From Phoronis australis (Eukaryota; Animalia; Phoronida), in assembly GCA_002633005.1 (NCBI GenBank), contig NMRA01000514.1, positions 186,001 to 250,000 of the forward strand: DNA of 64,000 nucleotides, read 5' to 3'. This document shows, piece by piece, positions 28,401-38,053 of this stretch. The position numbers were made by a program, and so were the translations under genes. The notes beneath the pieces are model-generated. The model was not told the DNA's origin. It worked only from the letters and a program-made list of their open reading frames with translations, and did not search any database. Numbering within the stretch: the stretch's first letter is position 1; every line of letters starts with the position of its first letter.

Positions 28401-31400
28401 TGTAAAAGTGCGTAGTAAAAAGTAACTGATAAATAGACTATAAATCTTTTGATTTAGACAACTCGCTTTTACAGAAGTTGATCTCAAATTGTTCCTAAGT
28501 CAAAATAGATGCGTTTGCTGTGCATGGAAACAATCTACGGTCCGTTATTTCTCGAGACACTCTTCAAGCTGATCTGCGGCGGACTGTCATTTTATTTCTA
28601 GAACATGGCCTGGAGCAGTAATGAAGTGTCAGCTCTTTGGCAGACCCAAACATACTGCCCATTTGAGTAGCGAATACGCTGAGTGCTCTTCCAATGCAGT
28701 AAGAGGTCAAAATCAAAAGTTAGTGTCTTCACCTACGGAACGCGTATTTATTCATGGTTTAAACTGCAAGGACGGGATGTCGATGTCATCAATGCTTACA
28801 CGGTGGTCGAAGAGACCCGCAAGCTGGAGTATGCGTGTGAATTTTCGAATAACGTGGTGAACGATTTCAGGACATTTACACAAGTGTTGTAGCTAAGGCT
28901 CACTACCAACACCAGAACAGGAATTTTTTTGCAGTTTTCCTCGCATCCAGTTGGCAGAAAAATAATTTCATTAAAGCACTGGGATTGCTTGACTGCTGCA
29001 AAATAGCTGGCCCGTTGAAACTGGAAGCGAAAATGGACAAAAAAACTAACACGGCCATTAAGTTATTCCAAATTGGCCCATAGATTTGAGGCCGTGTGAG
29101 TCATTTCACTCATTCCCAAGTTTTTGTAAAATGATCCCTGCTAAAGAGGACGCAGTAGTAGGCCTATTTCAATCGCCAACAGAACTGCGCAAAGAGTGCT
29201 GTCTATTCGGTGACTCCAGAGATGTACGAAGTTGAGAAAGCAATACGTTATGTTACCACTCATCTTGACCAGATGTTCCACCAGCTAAAGGTGAAGCCGT
29301 CAAAGGCATTAGATTTTGTACAATGTATGTTGTGAGCCGTGATCATGCAGGTGGCAGTCGACAATGCCGCGGAAGCATGCGTCGTAGAATTTTGTCGAGG
29401 AACTGCGGCGTTGGAAATTCAAATCCTAGTACGGAGTGGCCGTCAGCATCGTTTAAACAGTGTGATCGTGATTTTTTTTTTCAAATTTCCATGTGAAATT
29501 AAGAGTAGGATGCACACTCCCAGTAAGAGAGCAGCAAATGCAAACACAAGCGCCCTGTGCCGAGAAACTTCTCATTGACTTAGACGAAGGCGTCACGATG
29601 TTTTCGCTGTGGGCATTTGGATAATGATGATTGTGAAACCGTGCTTAAGTAAACTCGCGTACCCTCTTCTTAGTCCATTAAAATCGGGAGTCCTATTAAG
29701 AGTTCCAAACCTGCGTTGAGTAGGATGTTAGTTAATTACTAGCACGCTAGGGGATGCATGCTACAGTTCCAGAGCTGCATTTGGTGTGTTGTTAATAATG
29801 ACAATGTGGGACATTTTTCCATGTTAGGTCTGACGCTCTCTTTGACTCCACCCCATTTTTATGCGCCCACATATTTATATGTGGACGCATTATGCCGTCA
29901 TCTCCGTCCGTCCGGGGTCCGGCGTCTGGCGTCGGCTGCTCTATCTCCAAAACGCCTTGACGTATGGTCATGAAATTTTGCACATATGTTTCTTCCGTGG
30001 ATGGGACGGCATGAGCGAAGTTTCGGACGGATCCAAATACCGGTGTGCCCCCTAGTGGCAATTTTAGTTCTTTACGTTTACCTCTGTATCTTCAAAAGTC
30101 CTGAAGGGATTTTCATAAAATTTGGTATATAGGCACCTATTAGTGAAGTGAAGCCATTATCCCGTTTTCGGATGGATTCGACGTAGTTTGCGCTACCTGG
30201 TGGCCATTTTTACTGTTTTCGAGTCTGTTTTTTGCGTCCACCCCTCTATCAACCAAACCGCTCAATGGATGATTGTGAAAATTGGCATGTATGTTCTTAC
30301 TATAAAGTCGACAGCTGACGATGATTTTCCGACGACTTCGACTACTGTGGCGCCTCCTAGTGGCAGTTTTGTTGTTTTTTTTTTGCGCCTATGGCTGTAC
30401 CTCCTAAACCGTGTGCATGATCTTTACTAAATTTAGTAAGGGCATTTATATAATGTTAATAACAGAGGACGACAACTTTCGGACAGATCTGACAACTGGT
30501 GTGCCACCTAGTGGCAACTTTATTTTTTTACGTTTACCTCTGTATATTCAAAGGTCCTCAACGTATTTTCATAAAATTTGGCATACAGGCATCTGTTAAT
30601 GAGATGACGCTATCTCTCCGTTTTCAGGTGGATTCGACCTAGTTTGCACCACCTAGTGGCCATTTTTACTGTTTTCGAATCTGTTTTTGGCGTCCACTCG
30701 TCTATCAACCGAACCGCTTTCAGGATAATTGTGAAAATTGGCATGTACGTTTTTACTATGAAGTGGATGGCTGATTATGATTTTCCGAGGACCTATTAGT
30801 GAGATGACGCTGTCCTCCCGTTTTCGGATGGATTCAAGGTAGTTTGCGCCACCTAATGGCCATTTTACTGTTTTTTGAGTCTGTTTTTTTTGCGTCCACC
30901 CCTCTATCAACCAAACCGCTCAAGGGATGTTTGTGAAAGTTGGCACGTATGTTCTTACTATGAAGTGGACGGCTGATGATGATTTTCCGCCGATTTCGAC
31001 TACTGTGGCGTCTCCTAGTGGCAGTTTTCTTTGCGCCTATGGCTGTATCTTTTAAACCGTTCGAAAGACCTTTACCAAATTTAGTAAGTGTAATTATATG
31101 ATGTTGACAACAGATGACGATGACGTTCCGACGGAGCTGACTACTGGTGTGACACCTGAAGAGCGCACGCTATTTAAAACTCCTTAGAATCTGCAATGAG
31201 TTGTGCGGCATTTTCAAATGTTTATTACAAAATTATATTGCTGCAGTCACCCGCTACGAAACTGTTGACTTCTTGTTGCGTACTAGGAGATCACGTGGCA
31301 AAGTTTATGATTATAATTTGACGAAAGTTAATTAATGACCAAAATGTTGACAGATATTTCTTAGTTAACGTCAACATTTTTGACAACGTTTCACAATTTA

Positions 31401-34400
31401 TGCAGCTACCAAAGTCGATGGCGGATGGTCGGCATGGTCTAGGTGGTACAAGTGCAGCGCCACCTGTGGTGATGGAAGGCAGACAAGGGCAAGGTGGTGT
31501 ACTAACCCTCGTCCTGCCAACGGAGGGAGCCAGTGTAGTGGTAACAATAAAGAGACGAAGGCGTGCAAGATTAAAGATTGCCCAGGTAAAGTGGAGAAGG
31601 CAGAAAACATGGAAAATAGCAAAAACTACAAATTTCGATAACGAGCTATCATTAGCTAATTGTTTAACACTACAAGCTGCGTCTCCGTTGTGTGATCGGT
31701 TAAATTTCTTTACGGAAAGCAACCCAGTCCGGTCTGAGATCACCGAGACAGCCTGAGGATTTTAAGCTATTTAAGTATGGTTCGTTCGAAACAAGCCATC
31801 TTAAAGATTCATTATTCGTAATGGCTTGGTTCATGACTGCGCTGCGGAGGAACGGTTGCCAAAGATTGAAGCATCAGCCTAATTTGCAGTAGTCTACATT
31901 GACGCTATCGTCTTGCGCTGTATCAGGGCAACAATTCCTCAGTTTGGAACTAAAAAATACTTTTCAAATTGTTAAGTTTTCTCCCATCACTGACCTCCAC
32001 CTTAAATTTCTTGAAAAATAGTGGTAATATATTAAAGCTACTAGTTTTTCGCTGTACCAGAGCAACAGTTTCTCAGTTAAGAACAAAATAAGTCATTTTC
32101 TTACCGTTAATTTTTCTCCCATCACTGACCCGCGCGTGCAATAATCATGCTGTAAAAATAGTGTTAGATTTTCACCATATTTCCTTTATTGACCCAACAA
32201 AAATGAAACACCCGATTGTGAGTAAATACTGCAGAATCAGAGAGGGCGCTGCTAGTATTTCGGGAAATGAGCATTAGCACTACTACAACCACTGTACCAA
32301 CTGCATACAATGAAAAGCTCCCTATTCACCAGGACGCGCGTTACTGAAGAAACACTTTTTCCAAATCTGAATAGGAAATTGACAACTCTTATCCTGCATC
32401 GTTTGAGGGAAAAATAACACGTGTGTTGTTTTCCAACTTAATTGGCGTTTTGAGAATGGCAAATAGTGAACCCTCGACACACATCTCTATGGCAAAATAG
32501 CGCAAAATCCGAAAGAGGGCTTCTGGGATTTCGGTTAGTAGCTATTGGTAGTGTTGTAGCCTTAAGCAGCAACGTTAGTGTCGTTTATTCATACAATACA
32601 ACGTTTAACAATTCGTGCAGGTAAGAAGATAAATGGCGGATGGTCGGCATGGTCTAGGTGGTACAAGTGCAGCGCCACCTGTGGTGATGGAAGGCAGACA
32701 AGGGCAAGGTGGTGTACTAACCCTCGTCCTGCCAACGGAGGGAGCCAGTGTAGTGGTAACAATAAAGAGACGAAGGCGTGCAAGATTAAAGATTGCCCAG
32801 GTAAAGTGGAGAAGGCAGAAAACATGGAAAATAGCAAAAACTACAAATTTTGATAACGAGCTATCATTAGCTAATTGTTTAACACTACAAGCTGCGTCTC
32901 CGTTGTGTGATCGGTTAAATTTCTTTACGGAAAGCAACCCAGTCCGGTCTGAGATCACCGAGACAGCCTGAGGATTTTAAGCTATTTAAGTATGGTTCGT
33001 TCAAAACAAGCTATCTTAAAGATTCATTATTCGTAATGGCTTGGTTCATGACTGCGCTGCGGAGGAACGGTTGCCAAAGATTGAAGCATCAGCCTAATTT
33101 GCAGTAGTCTACATTGAAGCTATCGTCTTGTGCTGTATCAGGGCAACAATTCTTCAGTTTGGAACTAAAAATACTTTTCAAATTGTTAAGTTTTCTCCCA
33201 TCACTGACCTCCACCTTAAATTTCTTGAAAAATAGTGGTAATATATTAAAGCTACTAGTTTTGCGCTGTACCAGAGCAACAGTTCCTCAGTTAAGAACAA
33301 AATAAGTCATTTCTTAGCGTTAAATTTTCTCCCATCACTGACCCGCGCGTGCAATAATCATGCTGTAAAAATAGTGTTAGATTTTCACCATATTTCCTTT
33401 ATTGACCCAACAAAAATGAAACACCCGATTGTGAGTAAATACTGCAGAATCAGAGAGGGCGCTGCTAGTGTTTCGGGGAATGAGCATTAGCACTACTACA
33501 ACCACTGTACCAACTGCATACAATGAAAAGCTCCCTATTCACCAGGACGCGCGTTACTGAAGAAACATTTTTTCCAAATCTGAATAGGAAATTGACAACT
33601 CTTATCCTGCATCGTTTGAGGTAAAAATAACACGTGTGGTGTTTTCCAACTTAATTGGCGTTTTGAGAATGGCAAATGGTGAACCCTCGACACACATCTC
33701 TATGGCAAAATAGCGCAAAATCAGAAAGAGGGCTTCTGGGATTTCGGTTAGTAGCTATTGGTAGTGTTGTAGCCTTAAGCAGCAACGTTAGTGTCGTTTA
33801 TTCATACAATACAACGTTTAACAATTCGTGCAGGTAAGAAGATAAATGGCGGATGGTCGGCATGGTCTAGGTGGTACAAGTGTAGCGCCACCTGTGGTGA
33901 TGGAAGGCAGACAAGGGCAAGATGGTGTACTAACCCTCGTCCTGCCAACGGAGGGAGCCAGTGTAGTGGTAGCAATAAAGAGACAAAGACGTGCAAGATT
34001 AAGGATTGTCCAGGTAAAATGGAGCTAACGGAAAGCCCGCGAAAACTACAAATTTTAGTAACGAACAACTTCCAGTCAAGCTAATTGTTTAACACTGGAC
34101 CTGTGTCTCCGTTGTGTGATCAAGTAATGTTGGTTTGCCGCTTTCTGAGTCTTCGCGTAGCGCAAAATTACTGTGATGCAGTCTTCTAGAGGATTTCCTT
34201 TACTGAACGCAAACCAAGTTCGGTGTGAATTCACGGAACCCTTATGTCATTTAAGTACAGTTGTTGTTTTGTTTATCTCCCATCACTGGCCCCAACTTTT
34301 ACCGTGCCGTAAAAATAGTGCCAGACTTTTACCATATTTCCGTCATTGACCCTCCCAAAAATGAAACACAGGATTGTGGGTAAATACTGTACAATCATTG

Positions 34401-36551
34401 AGAGCGCTGCTGGTGTTTCGATCGAGAAGTGGCCATTAGCAGTACTGCAACCCGGTGCATACATCATGCAGTGGAAGGCATCATTTTCACCAGGACGCGT
34501 GAAACATTTTTTTCAAATCTGAATAGGAAATTGACAACTCTTATTCTGCAACGTTTGAGGGATAAATAAAAGGTGTCGTGTTTTTCAACTTTATCGGCGT
34601 TTTGAGAATGGCAATCGGTGAACCCTCGACACAGATCTCTATGGGAAAATACCGCAAAATCATAAAGAGCGTTACTGGAATTTCGGTTGTAGTTATTGGT
34701 AGTGTTGTAGCACTGATTTAGCAGTAACGTTAGTGTCGTTTATTCATACAATACAACTTTAAACAATTTGTGCAGCTAAGGAGATAAATGGCGGATGGTC
34801 GACATGGTCTCGGTGGTACAAGTGCAGCGCCACCTGTGGTAATGGAAGGCAGACAAGGGCAAGATGGTGTACTAACCCTCGTCCTGCCAACGGAGGGAGC
34901 CAGTGTAGCGGTAACAATAAAGAGACGAAGGCGTGCAAGATTAAGGACTGTCCAGGTAAAATGGAGCTAACGGAAAGTCCGCAAAAACTACAAATTTTGG
35001 TAACGAACAACTTCCAGTCAAGCTAATTGTTTAACTTTGGAGCTGTGTCTCCGTTTTGTGATCTAGTAAATGTTGGTTTGACGCTTTCTGAGTCTCCACG
35101 TAGCGCAAAATGACTGTGATGCAGTCTTGTAGAGGATTTCCTTCCTTTACAGAACGCAAACCAAGCTCGGTGTGAGATCACCGAAGCCTTATGTCATTTA
35201 AGTACAGTTGCTGTTTTGTTATCTCTCATCACTGGCCTCAACTTTTACCGTGCTGTAAAAATAGTGCCAGACTTTTACCATATTTCCGTCATTGACCCTC
35301 CCAAAAATGAAACTCAGGACTGTGGATAAATACTGCTCAATCATTGAGAGCGCTGCTGGTGTTTCGATGGAGAAGTGGCCATTAGCAGTACTGCAACCCG
35401 GTACATACATCACTATGCAGTGGAAGGCATCATTTACACCAGGACACGCGAAACCTTTTTCCAAATCTGAATAGGAAATTGACAACTCTTATTCTGCAAC
35501 GTTTGAGGGATAAATAAAAGGTGTGATGTTTTTCAAATTTATCGGCGTTTTGAGAATGGCAATCAGTGAACCCTCTACACAGTTCACTGTGGGAAAATAC
35601 CGCAAAATCATAAAGAGCGCTACTGGAATTTCGGTTAGTAGTTATTGGTAGTGTTGTAGCATTTAGCAGTAACGTTAGTGTCGTTTATTCATACAATACA
35701 ACTTTTAACAATTCGTGCAGCTAAGAAGATAAATGGCGGATGGTCGGCATGGTCTAGTTGGTACAAGTGCAGCGCCACCTGTGGTAATGGAAGGCAGACA
35801 AGGGCAAGATGGTGTACTAACCCTCGTCCTGCCAACGGAGGGAGCCAGTGTAGTGGTAACAATAAAGAGACGAAGGCGTGCAAGATTAAGGACTGTCAAG
35901 GTAAAATGGAGCTAACAGGAAGCCAGAAAAATAGCAAAAACTACAAATTTTGTTAACGAACTGCCTCAAGCTAATTGTTTAACACTGGAGCTGTGTCTCC
36001 GTTGTGTGATCAATTAAATTTTGGTTTGCCGCTTTCTGATGTCTCGTATCGCAAAATGACCGTGATGCAGTCTTATAGAGGACTTCAGTGCCTTTTAGGG
36101 AACGCAAACCTTGTTCGGTGTGAGGTTAGCGAAGCCTTAAGTCACTTAAGTACAGCTCTTCTCCCATCACTGACCCAACTTTTACCATTCTGTAAAAATA
36201 GTGTGAGATTTTCACTATATTTCCGCCGCTGACCCTACAAATTCTTTTTTAAACTCCAAATACAAAAAATGGAAATTTCACCAACGACGTGACGTCAATT
36301 CCAGAATATTGAAAACGACAAAGGTGTGAGTGAACGACAAGATGAACAAGATCCCGTTTTCTTTTCTTGTAGTTAAAGTGCCCTGGTGGCTTCAGAACAA
36401 AAACAGCGGTTCGTCTGGAAGCCGCAGCCACAAGAGTCACAAGCACAGCAAGAGTCACAAGCACAGCAAGAGTCACAAGCACAGCAAGAGTCACAAGCAC
36501 AGCAAGAGTCACAAGCACAGCAAGAGCAACAGCAGAAAGAAGGGGAGATAA
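4687..36551 (+). CDS. Whole gene: secreted kringle / coiled-coil / 6x SUEL lectin / 11x TSP1 / WSC / His-Lys-Ser-tail mosaic protein (rhamnospondin-like modules), about 1680 codons, in-frame TGA at 16327
   Basis: 25 exons join through GT-AG sites with consistent phases. Summed exon length is 5037 nt (divisible by 3) if the gap-truncated exon is 167 nt like its paralogues. Confidence 0.85.
5573..5839 (+). CDS. Exon 2: kringle domain
   Basis: [43 protein letters not shown]; acceptor ttctttatcAG, donor G|GTAAGT. Confidence 0.95.
6484..6608 (+). CDS. Exon 3: CxC motif and start of coiled coil
   Basis: [42 protein letters not shown]; phase 1 to 0 matches both neighbours. Confidence 0.75.
8720..9000. 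repeat. AT-rich minisatellite with internal inversion
   Basis: Repeated TAATTACTTTACGCCG-like units, some in reverse orientation (GGCGTAAAGTAATTA). Confidence 0.7.
9257..11055. mobile_element. Penelope-like element remnant with inverted GIY-YIG arms
   Basis: The minus strand at 9521-9870 reads ..[34 protein letters not shown] (PLE endonuclease C-terminus). An inverted copy lies on + at ~10625-11055. The outer ends GTAAAAACGAGAGAAGTTACTTACT and AGTAAGTAACTTCTCTTGTTTTTAC are near-complementary. Confidence 0.8.
11678..11821. mobile_element. Short MITE
   Basis: Perfect 12-bp TIR CATGGGCGGCGC / GCGCCGCCCATG; no clear TSD. Confidence 0.6.
11914..12139 (+). CDS. Exon 4: coiled coil
   Basis: [16 protein letters not shown]...[26 protein letters not shown] shows a heptad pattern; phase 0 to 1. 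Confidence 0.8.
12756..12928 (+). CDS. Exon 5: SUEL lectin 1, N-half
   Basis: [29 protein letters not shown]; donor GAG|GTATGT. Confidence 0.9.
13952..14190. mobile_element. ~240-bp MITE family A (Harbinger-like), copy 1
   Basis: TIR GGGGCCTGTTCCAA / TTGGAACGGGCCCC; homologous copies at 44225 and 48626. Confidence 0.8.
14994..15177 (+). CDS. Exon 6: SUEL lectin 1, C-half plus poly-Glu linker
   Basis: [34 protein letters not shown], then [17 protein letters not shown]; donor G|GTAAGA. Confidence 0.9.
15507..15958 (+). repeat. Near-identical second copy of 15037-15500 after a single N (probable haplotype or contig-overlap artefact)
   Basis: Starts mid-exon directly after the N at 15506 and differs only by a few SNPs and (TATATG)n length. 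Confidence 0.8.
16160..16333 (+). CDS. Exon 7: TSP1 repeat 1 (in-frame TGA at the last Cys)
   Basis: [56 protein letters not shown]; symmetric phase 1-1. Confidence 0.85.
17021..17187 (+). CDS. Exon 8: SUEL 2, N-half
   Basis: [34 protein letters not shown]. Confidence 0.9.
17640..17793 (+). CDS. Exon 9: SUEL 2, C-half
   Basis: [33 protein letters not shown]. Confidence 0.9.
19384..19554 (+). CDS. Exon 10: TSP1 repeat 2
   Basis: [45 protein letters not shown]. Confidence 0.9.
19987..20274 (+). CDS. Exon 11: WSC domain
   Basis: [57 protein letters not shown]. Confidence 0.9.
20799..20977 (+). CDS. Exon 12: SUEL 3, N-half (in-frame alternative acceptor at 20811)
   Basis: [34 protein letters not shown]. 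Confidence 0.85.
21025..21057 (+). repeat. (AAT)n microsatellite
   Basis: Direct read. Confidence 0.9.
21192..21345 (+). CDS. Exon 13: SUEL 3, C-half
   Basis: [38 protein letters not shown]. Confidence 0.9.
21502..23463 (+). mobile_element. Non-autonomous Kolobok-like DNA transposon with a decayed P2X7-C-terminal-like (KolX-like) Cys-rich gene
   Basis: Ends are TTAA|AGAATGCCACCC and GGGTGGCATTCTCCT|TTAA. Internal GYRFEPEY (~22670) is frameshifted to [28 protein letters not shown] (22749-22952). Confidence 0.7.
23565..23735 (+). CDS. Exon 14: TSP1 repeat 3
   Basis: [45 protein letters not shown]. Confidence 0.9.
24242..24408 (+). CDS. Exon 15: SUEL 4, N-half
   Basis: [34 protein letters not shown]. 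Confidence 0.9.
24595..24742 (+). CDS. Exon 16: SUEL 4, C-half
   Basis: [34 protein letters not shown]. Confidence 0.9.
24979..25149 (+). CDS. Exon 17: TSP1 repeat 4
   Basis: [38 protein letters not shown]. Confidence 0.9.
25425..25487 (+). repeat. (CA)n microsatellite
   Basis: Direct read. Confidence 0.95.
25750..25812 (+). CDS. Exon 18 (partial): SUEL 5, N-half, 5' part lost at the N join 25749
   Basis: [21 protein letters not shown]|GT. Comparison with the next repeat unit implies roughly 340 bp are missing. Confidence 0.75.
25985..26132 (+). CDS. Exon 19: SUEL 5, C-half
   Basis: [18 protein letters not shown]. Confidence 0.85.
26361..26531 (+). CDS. Exon 20: TSP1 repeat 5
   Basis: [21 protein letters not shown]. 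Confidence 0.85.
27313..27479 (+). CDS. Exon 21: SUEL 6, N-half
   Basis: [34 protein letters not shown]. Confidence 0.9.
27672..27825 (+). CDS. Exon 22: SUEL 6, C-half
   Basis: [18 protein letters not shown]. Confidence 0.9.
28010..28180 (+). CDS. Exon 23: TSP1 repeat 6
   Basis: [28 protein letters not shown]. Confidence 0.9.
28600..29290 (+). pseudogene. Possible decayed hAT-type transposase fragment in an intron
   Basis: [19 protein letters not shown] (~28760-28820) and [24 protein letters not shown] (~29205-29290) loosely resemble hAT transposase C-terminal segments; stops present. Confidence 0.35.
29856..31170 (+). mobile_element. Helentron-associated (HINE/DINE-1-like) non-autonomous element with internal tandem repeats
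   Basis: 5' TTTTTATGCGCCC..hairpin..CCGTCCGTCCG, followed by repeated units containing CCCCTAGTGGC and GAAA(A/T)TTGGCA. Confidence 0.6.
31406..31585 (+). CDS. TSP1 repeat 7 (tandem exon 1 of 5)
   Basis: 180-nt phase 1-1 exon: [41 protein letters not shown]. Confidence 0.9.
32621..32800 (+). CDS. TSP1 repeat 8 (tandem exon 2 of 5)
   Basis: 180-nt exon that starts CAG|GTAAGA. Confidence 0.85.
33834..34013 (+). CDS. TSP1 repeat 9 (tandem exon 3 of 5)
   Basis: 180-nt exon that starts CAG|GTAAGA. Confidence 0.85.
34776..34955 (+). CDS. TSP1 repeat 10 (tandem exon 4 of 5)
   Basis: 180-nt exon that starts CAG|CTAAGG. Confidence 0.9.
35721..35900 (+). CDS. TSP1 repeat 11 (tandem exon 5 of 5)
   Basis: 180-nt exon that starts CAG|CTAAGA. 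Confidence 0.9.
36373..36551 (+). CDS. Last coding exon: [21 protein letters not shown](SHKHSK)5SNSRKKGR*
   Basis: Acceptor ttttcttgtAG in phase 1, 18-bp repeat CACAAGCACAGCAAGAGT, stop TAA. A probable 3'UTR intron follows at 36586-36806, then ATTAAA at 36869. Confidence 0.8.
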
Positions 36552-37277
36552 GTCCAAAATGAACTGAAGGAATATACCATTTACAGTAAGTTGGCGTGTC
36601 CTGCTCCTTGGTTGGTTAACGTAATCGAAAAATGATTCTTTTTCACATACAGACAGATAGATATCTGCACTTATCATATAAACTTCTTAAAAAAGACAAT
36701 GTAAACCTCAATTTCTTTCATAACGAGTTCTGATATTACTCTTTTTCATCCAAGCAAATCTATGTACTGCAATCTTGTAAAATGTGTGCATGTATTCTAC
36801 TTTCAGATAGAAAAATGATTCCCTTGTGGAAATGTTGAACCAAGCCGCCATTATCCTGCGCACTTGAAATTAAAAATCTGACGTACCGATTCTTTAGCTG
36901 TAATGAACCTGTCTTCGATCATAAAATATTAACTTCTGCTTAGACCCCTTGCCGTTAACAATCTGGTCTCAAATTACTACTTTTTCAAGTAAGACGCGAG
37001 TTCTGGGTCTGGGAAAAAATCGCCCTGCGTCATTGCTTGAGACTATGCTCGGCGCTCAATCATTACGCTGGTCTCGAGCGCAAACGGTCAGTCAGTTCAG
37101 TCTGACCCCAGGACATATGAGAAAGCAGTGACTTGAGACCAATTATGTAACTGTAAATGGTTAACATCAAACATTTTTGACAAAAAGCGAATTCGTTTAA
37201 CTCAATAAAGTCAAAGCAAATACGTTCAAAATATTCGTATGTTTGCATTAAAACACTAACGTTTAATCACAAAAACC

Positions 37278-37438
37278 AGGGCTCCGTTTCATGAAACTAT
37301 TTTTGTATTAACTTAAGACTAAAATACACGCAACAATGCTGTCATTCTATCAATTGTCACGTCGTGTTTGTTGGAAAATGCTGTTGACGCCATGCCAACA
37401 ATCAAACTTTGAGTCAAACTTTCATTGAACGGAGCCCC
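37278..37438. mobile_element. Short MITE, distant relative of family A
   Basis: TIR GGCTCCGTTTCATGAAA / TTTCATTGAACGGAGCC. Confidence 0.6.
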
Positions 37439-38053
37439 GGTCTACGTACGTGTTCTTAGTCCGTTAAGTCGTGGGAAGGTTTTCTTCGGTGATTGTAGTA
37501 GGATGGCAAAAATTTTACAACTCATTTCTCTCGCACGTTTGGTGATTAAAAGCCTTGAATGATTTTCAACAAGTGGCAACTTCTAAGAATTTTATATACT
37601 ACGATTAGGCACGAAACAACTTATCTTCATGACAGTAGGCATGGTGCAGTGCTTTTGCTATCAAGTTGACACAATCGGTTTTAGGGCTTAAAAACGCATT
37701 TTGAGGATTAATTTTGGGTAGGATAGACATGACGTTATTAGCCTTAACCAGAGTCACAAAACACCCCAATTGGTTGTTTTTGTGAATTTATTAAAATCGC
37801 CAATTACTGATGTGGGCTCCCAATCTTTTGAGAGACTCAACCAAAGCTTTCCAGTGCCCTTTCTTTGCACAGTGTTTTTACGCCAACGACACGCTGAAGA
37901 TGACGACTTTTCTCCTCTTTTCGCGACGTTTGACTCGGCCGATTGTGCGCCACAATACTACATATCGGACGTATTGGATACTTTGGGTGGGAACTTTTTG
38001 GATCACAGTGCGCGGTCCGTGGATGAAACAACTTGGTTGTCAAAGATTACGAC

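Noticed and set aside
29940-31170. Regularly spaced CCCCTAGTGGC motifs as a CRISPR array or CTCF cluster
   Set aside because: The context is eukaryotic and the intervening sequences are themselves repeats, which an internal tandem array of a HINE-like element explains.
31291-36677. Antisense and alternative-frame ORFs over the TSP1 exons and tail, such as (VLVTLA)n
   Set aside because: These are shadows of the real + strand exons and the 18-bp repeat.
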